Origin: the human T2T-CHM13v2.0 reference genome, Homo sapiens | Assembly (NCBI RefSeq): GCF_009914755.1 | Contig: NC_060931.1 | DNA: 64,000 nt | Strand: one strand, 5' to 3' | Shown: positions 54,150-64,000 of the stretch, in pieces | How positions within the stretch are numbered: position 1 is the stretch's first letter | How the letters are laid out: every line of letters begins with the position of its first letter | Notes under the pieces: generated by a model | The model's database searches: none | What the model saw: only the letters and a program-made list of their open reading frames with translations | What the model was told of the DNA's origin: nothing | Translations under genes and position numbers: made by a program

Positions 54150-54940
54150 GTAGTGGTAGCAGAGACGCCTGGCGGTAGTGATGATGGTGGAGATAGTAGT
54201 GATGATGGAGGTAGTGATAATGGAGGTGGTGGTAGATATGGCAGTAGTGATGGCAAAGGTGGTGTTAACAGTAGTGATGTGAATGTTCAAGGTGGTGGTA
54301 GTGGTGGTAGTAATGGTGAGAGTGGTGATAATTATGAGGAATGTGAGGTGAAATAGTGGAGGTGATTGTGGTGGTGATTGTACTAATGGAGGTAATTGAG
54401 ATTAATGGTGGTGGTGGTGACAATGATGGTAATTATAAAGGGGGCTTGTGATAGTTATGAGGAAGGTGGTGATGGTGATGACGGTGGTGACGGAGATGAC
54501 CTTGGTAGTAGTGATAATGGTGATGGTAGCAGAGATAGTTGGATGGCGGTAGTGATGATGATCGAGGTGGTGGTGGTAATTGTGTTGGTAGGGGATGGTG
54601 TTGGTAGGGGTAGTGGTGGCGATGTTAGAGGTGTGGATGATTTCAGAAATGGAGGAAGTGGTATTAGTGGTGGTAATGGCGCTGGTGATGATAATAGTGA
54701 CAGATGATTGTGGTGGGGATGGTGGTGGGCAGGGTAGTAGTGAGAGTGGTTGTGGTGATTATAAGTGGTGATATTGATAATGGTGGTAATGATGATGGAG
54801 GTGGTGGTGATGGTAGTACTGGTTGCTATAATAGTGATTGTGCTGTGGGTGTTGTAGTGATGGAGGGAATCACAGTGGTGACTCTGTGGGTGGTGGTGAT
54901 GGTAATAGTCCTTGTGATTGTGGTTGGGTGTGGTGCTGCT
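54150..54940. repeat. Degenerate (GGT/GAT/AGT)n trinucleotide low-complexity tract
   Basis: About 800 bp of TGG/TGA/TAG triplets; produces spurious Gly/Asp/Val- and His/Thr/Pro-rich ORFs. Confidence 0.93.
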
Positions 54941-54981
54941 ATTGGGCACATCTTAGCTATGCAACTGTAACTTTAAGTCTT

Positions 54982-55126
54982 GATCTTACTCTTTATACAC
55001 ATAGGGACTTTAGGAGAAAAAGGAATAGGATCTTACTCTTTCTACATATAAGGACTTTGGGAGAAAAAGGAATAGGAATAGGATCTTACTCTTTATATAT
55101 ATAAGGACTTTAGGACGAAAAGGAAT
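54982..55126. repeat. Minisatellite, ~47-bp unit x3
   Basis: gatcttactcttt(a/c)ta(c/t)a(c/t)ata(g/a)ggacttt(a/g)ggagaaaaaggaatag; unit 2 carries an extra ggaata. Confidence 0.92.
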
Positions 55127-55237
55127 GTGGCTCTCCACAGAACTATGAGACCCTGCTCTATTCTCTAGCCCCAGGTGATTAGATGAGGAATGGAAAGCTG
55201 ACTCAGGGGAGCCAATCTTTAATCCGAGTTAAGAAGA

Positions 55238-55629
<392 letters not shown>

Positions 55630-55641
55630 AAGTTAAGAAGA

Positions 55642-56060
55642 ATTTCAACCTCTAGGATTTAGCTAAAGGCTTGGAAATTATATTGTAAGGTGTGAACATT
55701 TAAACTTAAGAGACTTGTGGAGTCAGAACTTCAGTCATCACCATGGCAATGGAATGGTGCATAGAGTCAGGGTTAAGAAATAGCTCACAAGCCATGAGTA
55801 ATGAGAAAAGGCCAATGTGCCAAGAGAAACAGCAGAGGAAGCAGGTGGGTAGAGAGAAGCAGAATGAGTAAGAGCCAGCCTTCATCCCGCCTGACAATGT
55901 CCAGGCCCCTTGTGTTCCCAGAGACCCATCCATGTCTGTTCTGGTCTTGCATGTCCATGAGCTTGCCAGTTGTATCTACTCCATAAACTTCCCTTTTATT
56001 TGAATTACTTAGTATGTATGGGTTTCTGTTTCTCACAGTGAAATACGAGGGACTAAGATG
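55642..56060 (+). mobile_element. Old MLT1 (K/L/N-like) LTR, continuing from ~55126-55226
   Basis: 'gctgactcaggggagccaatc', 'ccataaacttccctttt...gggtttctgtttctcaca...gactaagat'. Confidence 0.55.
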
Positions 56061-56861
56061 TTCATGAAGTAAATTGCTCATTTTCCATGCTTTTTGCAGA
56101 CTTCTTCAAAGGTCACTAGACCCTAGATACCACTATTAGATGCATTTGTGCTTGGGTCCTTCAGCCCTCTCCCAGACAGACCACAAGCCTAAGAATTTTA
56201 TTTAAGACCATGTCCATTTCTCACAGGGTCCAAGCTTTACTTAACATAATCTAGTACTTAATAATTCCCCATTAGTATTTCCAAATTAGAGTTCCCTCCC
56301 CCAATGGGACATCACATCCTGCTCCTCTAGTTGTGGGAATGTCTCTAGATTGTGTCTCCCATACCCTCTTGCTATGATCTTGTTTCTCTGGTTTGCATCC
56401 TCGTGACTTACACCTTGATCCTTCTCTGCCTGCCTCCTTCAGATGCCTAACTGGAACTCTCCATCTGACTTTGGTTTGGTTCACTCATAAGATGCTGACT
56501 CTGGTGTCTCCCTCCCACAGACAATGAAGCACAGCTGATGGATGAGCTGGACTTGGGCCTGATGCCCTAGTCTTCTGCTGGGTTGGGAGAGAGGGGTGGA
56601 AGCCTAGAGAGAACCCTTCTCTACTGCATACCATCCATGTGCCAGGTGTTCTATGACTTGGGAGATCAGCATTCTTGCCTTCATTTTATAGTTGATAAAC
56701 CTGAAGCTCAGAGAGCTAAAAGTAACTTGCCTAAGTTTATATAGTGAATGAGTGCCAGATCTGGGGTATGAACCCAGGTGGATTTGACTTCAAAACTCAT
56801 CTTTCACTTTTAAACTGTGCTGACTTGCCAAGGGATTAAATAAACCAACATTTGTTGAGCA

Positions 56862-57320
56862 CTATGGCAGTGACTTTAAGTTGTCCCCCAATGTTCATGT
56901 TCTCCTTTTTTCTTAATTGCAAAGCCCTGGTTTGTTTTGGTATGGAAATGTACCCCCTAAAAGACTCTATACCCCAGGCTTCCTGAAGCAAAGTATGCCC
57001 ATGCAAAGCTGGTATGATGAGATGGAAGGGTTAAGGCGTGGTGGTGGTGGGAGGGAGGTTCCAGAAAGGCTGCTAAGAGCTTATAGTTGCTCTAGTTGAT
57101 AAGTTCTCTCCTGTGCCCTTTCTTCTTGCTTCTAGAGAGCTCTAATGACCACTTTGGATATGAGGATATCCTGAAGAGAGCATCCATAGTCTAGAATAAT
57201 GGAGACAGGGTCCCTGAGGTCTTCAATGCTGCCATATTGGCTCTGGGCTCCCTGCTTCTGTACTGTTGTATGTGGAAGAGCTATAAATGCCTATTTTGTT
57301 TAAGCTACTTTTATATGCAG
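56862..57320 (+). mobile_element. MLT1J-like MaLR LTR
   Basis: 'tatggcagtg...aaagccctggtttgttttgg...taaaagact...gggtccctga...ataaatgcctattttgttaagctact'. Confidence 0.65.
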
Positions 57321-57662
57321 TAGGACTCAAGCACCTTCTCTATGTCAGACGGTATGCTAGCACTTTAATGTTTCATTGCCTCTATTCCAGATGAGAATCC
57401 TGTTTCAGAAAGCTCAGGTAATTGACCTAACATCACACAGCCAGTTAAGTGGCATGATTTGACATATTGCTCTAGTATAATATAAATCTAAATTCCTGAA
57501 CATGACATGTAAAATACCTGTGGTCTTCCATTTTGTTTTAGGCTTTTAAAAATGTTCTTCCCTCTGCCTAGAATTCTCTGCCTCTACTTTTCATCTGGAA
57601 AACTCCCAGTCATCCTTCATGACCCAGTCGAAGTGCTACCTCCTCTTTGCAGTCTTTGCTAA

Positions 57663-58135
<473 letters not shown>

Positions 58136-58144
58136 AGCTTCTTC

Positions 58145-58271
58145 TTTGTTAAAATTTTAGATTCAGGGGATACATGTGCTTTTTCGTTACATGGATATTA
58201 CATGAATAATGGTGGGGACTGGGTTTCATGGACCTATCTCCCAAATATTGGACATTGTGCCCAGTAGGTAA
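58145..58271 (-). mobile_element. Short L1P 3' end
   Basis: 'ttttagattcaggggatacatgtgc...gttacatggatatt...cattgtgcccagtaggtaa'. TSD TAAAATGTCAGCTTC (57797-57811) / TAAAACGTCAGCTTC (58272-58286). Confidence 0.85.
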
Positions 58272-60904
58272 TAAAACGTCAGCTTCCTTAGAGGCAAGAT
58301 CTTTCCATCTCTATTCTCAGCATTAGTTCACTGCTTGACACCAAAAAAGTAAATATTCATTGAATGACTAACTGCCTGAATGAATAAAAGTAGGCAGTTA
58401 TGTTCAATGATACCTTTTATTAATAGTAAACTTCAGGGGCTTACTCTAGCATATTGAGGTTTATCTCTTCATGTCTCTAAAGCCACCTGGGAAGCAAAGA
58501 GAAGTATGTCCCTGGTGGGTTACTTTAAATGAAGATCTAAGATCTCAGGTCTCCGTGGATGGAGACCTTTCAGCTCATTTTTAACTCTCATTCCACAGCC
58601 CCTGCATCTAAAGATGATTGCAGCATATTTCCAATTCAAAATATCATTTTGTTGGGAGATGTGACTGAAAAGCTTATAAAGGTGGATTTGATTCTTGCTT
58701 TATTCCTTTCAAAAAATGGAATCAGCTCTAACACAGCATCCTTTTTTAAGATTTCGAAAAGTCTGAATCCATTTTAAACTAGATTGTGATTGACAAACCC
58801 ACGGGAACACTAGCGAACAGTTAAATACTAATTAGCCAAACCCCCGCTACTCTCCCAGCTGTCAAAGGCAGAGATAGAGACAAAAGCTTCAATTAAACCT
58901 GAGTTGGTCCCCAAGGAGGGAGAGGTCAAAGGGGAGTGTTCAGTCAACTGTGAGATTATGTGAACACAGTCCCAAGTAATAATCATAAAAAATCCAAATG
59001 TACCTTTACATATTTAAAAATACATTATACTGACATTAAAACTCTCTTTTTGTCATTTTACTCTCCTCAATCTTCCCATCATTTCAATGTTTCCCATTAT
59101 TTTTAGGATAAAATCCAAAGCCTTTCCCCTGACTTTCTGCCGCCAATGAAAATTTCCAGTTGTATTTGTCACTTACTCCTTGCCCTAGAGCACCTGCCCA
59201 CTGGTCAAATGTGACCCCAGGTACATGGAGCTCAGGCTGAACTATACTCCAGCCTCCCCTTGGGCTGTCCAAATATGAGCTACCTATTCAGACTTAGCAA
59301 CATGCTACCTCTTCTTAATCATCTGTTGAATTAAAATACCAGTTAACAACACAATTTCACTTATATAATCTCTTCTACACCTCCCTACAGCTTTAAGAGT
59401 TAGCTGTGGGGAAAGATAAATGCACCGAGACCAAGAGAGAATTCAGTGTTATTGTCCAAAGCCACACAGACACCAGGTGAAGAGCCAGGGCTGGAGCCTA
59501 GAACTCAGACTGCAGCCCTTGCCTCTCTTGTCGCATCATTGACTAGCCTTCCCAGGTGGTGGCTCAAAGCCTGTGCCAGCTCCCAAGGAGGTTTTTCTGT
59601 CTGGGGAAAAGTGAGAAAAACATGATGAATTCTTCAAAAAGCTTAATCTAGTCAATTTACTAGACTCTCTTTTATTCTAACATTATACTTTTAGAATTAA
59701 AATGTAATTTATTTTTACTAAAGTAGTGGAAATAAGTTATGGTAAATTATTGTATAATTTATTTGACAATTAAATGTAACTCTGTATTATGTCAGAAAAC
59801 CAGCTCTATTATTCTGATGACAAATTCCCCCAGGACTCCTTGTAGGCTGAGTTGTCCATTCTCTCGTTGGGCCACCCTGTCAGTAGAATAATCCCCCAGT
59901 AGAGCACCTGTCACTGCCCAGCTCCTATGTGTTTACTGGCCCTCTCCCCTTCTAGACCACGAGTTCCACGGAGTATGAATTCTGTGCCCTAACACCAGAA
60001 TACCTGTCTCCATCAAAATTGGGTAACCACCAAGAATATGATCTACATCTAAATGTGGGCTGCTGAACTGATGTTCAGTTGAATCAACAACATCCACAAT
60101 AATAGTACCTAACATTTATTGAATATGTCCTAACTGCTTAAAATCACATTTTCTGCTCTACATGCATTATCTCATTGGAAGTCAACATCCATGAGCTGGA
60201 TCATTGAAGTTTCAAATGGGATTCCATTTAGTCCAAGGAGAAAAATTTTGCAAACTGGATCATGCTTGGCCTTAAAAATAGGTAGAACAGGGAGAATGTA
60301 GACCCTCCTGTACGCTGGAATTTAAAAAGCATTGACAAACTGCCCTTGCCCGTGAGATATGCACCCATCTCTCTCTTCCAAGCTCTACCATTGGAACTTA
60401 ATCCTTTTCAGTAGTTCATTAGCTTTTTCCAGAGATTTCTTTTAAAATGCAAATAATCCTGGGAAAGTAATTACAAGGCATAAGATGGGATGGAGATATG
60501 AATGTGGTTATGAATGGTGGTGGCATGACAGGGGATGTTGAGGAGAAAAAGTAGGGGAAGCTGCCTCCAGAAAACCCAAACTTGTCTACACAAAAAGACT
60601 TGAACTCAACCACTGGGCATTAATTCTCTATTTTATTTTACTGCTCCTACCCCAGCTTCTCCCAACTGATTTTCAAAATTTGAGCAAATATAATTCAGTA
60701 TTTTTATTTAGCCTAAGTCCTCTATTCAAGTGAAGCTATGCTAACACCTATCCTCTAAAGATTACATTGCAGTAAGAAGATTTGTTTCCCTGATAAATAG
60801 GTAAATTTGGGGGAATTCATAACTTTTATATAATTCTCACAGGTATTTAAAATTCTCAAAGTTTAAGAAACATCCATTTAGAGGAGATTACTATAAAGAA
60901 TTAA

Positions 60905-61095
60905 AACAGAACTTCTTAAATTATGGACCACTGACGTTAGGATCAACTAGGGCTTCTTGCAGATTCCTGGGACCTCTAGCACACAACTCTTGAATTAGAA
61001 AATCTGGGGTGGGATCCCAGAATCTGCATCTGAAAATCTTCCCAGAAGATGTACTTTAAAATTTGATTTAAAATTAAAAATTTGAGAACCACTAG
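60905..61095. mobile_element. MER5A-like hAT element
   Basis: 'tgcagattcctggg...gaattagaaaatctggggtgggatcccagaatctgcat...tttgagaaccact'. Confidence 0.75.
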
Positions 61096-61295
61096 CTTTA
61101 AATGAATTAAGGTTCATGTTTAGTGGTATTGCATTATTCTGTAGTTATCCATATTTCTGAATTTTAATAGTTGAATAAATTCCTTGGGTTTTTCTGAAAG
61201 ACAGTCATGTCATCAGAAGTAATCATTTTTCCTCCTCTTTTCAGTTTCTATGATTGTTATTTCTTCTTATTGCAATGGCTGTGTAGTAAGTAGAT

Positions 61296-61488
61296 CAGGG
61301 ATTGGTAAACTATGAGGCACAGTCCAAATCCATCTGTCTACTCTTTTTGTATGACCCATGAATCATTTTCACATTTCAAAATGGTTTTTATGAAGAACTT
61401 TCTTTATATCTTCCATGCTGTCTCTTGGCCAGCAAAGCCTAAAATATTTGCTATATGGCTCCTTCCTAAAAAAGTGGGATGGTTCCTG
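61296..61488 (+). mobile_element. MER58-family hAT element
   Basis: 'cagggattggtaaactat...gcaaagcctaaaatatttgctat...cctg'. Confidence 0.75.
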
Positions 61489-61899
61489 TTGTAGACTAAG
61501 AAAGGTACCACCCAGAACCCCCGTGCTGTGCAGCTGCAGAGAGTTCGGTCAGTAAAGTGTCTCCAGCTGGTGAGGACTCCTCCAGGGTGGGCCAGCTCAC
61601 TCAGAGGAAACCCTCCTAGGCATCTCGTAATGGCTCTCCAAGTAAGATGGGGTAGAAAGGCCAGGCAAGGAGCACTTGCTCCAGAGCTACCATCAGCTTG
61701 GCCAAGGCTTTGCTGGGCTGAGTCACGGTCGAACTTCTTTCTTTAAGAAGTCCTGCTTCCCACTCCTGCCCTTCACAGGTTTTGATCCATAATGAACATC
61801 TTCTACCCCAAGCCCTTCCTTGACATCTGCTTTCAGAAAACCAACCTTTGGCAGGCTGTGCTGTTGAGTACAATATTAATAATCCTGATAACAACAAAC

Positions 61900-61974
61900 C
61901 TATCTCCTTCCTTCCTTTCTTCCTTTCCTTCTTTCCTTCCTTCCTTCCTTCCTTCCTTCCTTCCTTCCTTCCTT

Positions 61975-62006
<32 letters not shown>

Positions 62007-62079
62007 CTCTCTCTCTCTTTCTTTCTTTTTCTTTCTTCTTTTCTTTTTTGAGACAGGGTCTCACTCTCTCACGTAGGCT
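61900..62079 (-). repeat. (TTCC)n/(CT)n/(TTTC)n polypyrimidine microsatellite with a ~30-bp AluJ 3' remnant
   Basis: Pure pyrimidine run to 62049, followed by 'gagacagggtctcactct'. Confidence 0.9.
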
Positions 62080-62420
62080 CTATATCTTATTTCTAACTTG
62101 GAGAGACATGACTCTTGTTCATTGCTATATAAAATACTTGTTGTTGATTTTAAGTTCCTTGTCTCTTTAAATAAGTTTATTACTATTTTTAAGAGTGATT
62201 ATATTTATTAAGAATTTTATGAAGAATGGGTTTTACATTCTATCATATATATTTTAAGCATTTTTATTTTTAAATTAATGTAAATGGATTACACTTAGAG
62301 ATATCCTAACATTGAAACATGCCTGCATTCTAAACTTAGAAAACGATGTATGAATTTTATTTATTAATTCACTTGCATAGTACCTGCTAGTGTTTTAATT
62401 TTTAACATTGAATAAGATTA

Positions 62421-64000
<1,580 letters not shown>

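Noticed and set aside
54153-54970. Gly/Asp/Val-rich and His/Thr/Pro-rich ORFs
   Set aside because: Translations of a degenerate trinucleotide tract.
54982-55126. Regularly spaced direct repeats, superficially CRISPR-like
   Set aside because: Whole units repeat with no unique spacers, in a primate context; this is a minisatellite.

Overview
Primate genomic DNA, very probably human: a near-perfect AluYa-type insertion is present. I find no credible protein-coding exon. The listed ORFs are explained by CpG-island GC content, Alu/L1/ERV decay or low-complexity sequence. The first ~1.4 kb is a CpG island with regulatory motifs. The rest is intergenic or intronic and dominated by Alu (J, S, Y), MIR, L2, old L1M, MaLR/ERVL LTRs and hAT MER elements, plus one ERVL pol remnant split by an L1 ORF2 piece, a 1.1 kb TA-rich tract and a (GGT/GAT)n tract. 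The most unusual item is a minus-strand 7SK-related element (28637->28349). It has a clear 7SK 5' domain, then a divergent but hairpin-rich body ending in a hairpin plus U8. Other observations: candidate + strand non-coding exons between inverted Alus, a tail-less L1 insertion with target deletion, an Alu with a possible 3' transduction, a micro-inversion in an L1, and several nested elements. Repeat subfamily names come from recalled consensus sequences and need RepeatMasker/Dfam confirmation. The host locus could not be identified from sequence alone.
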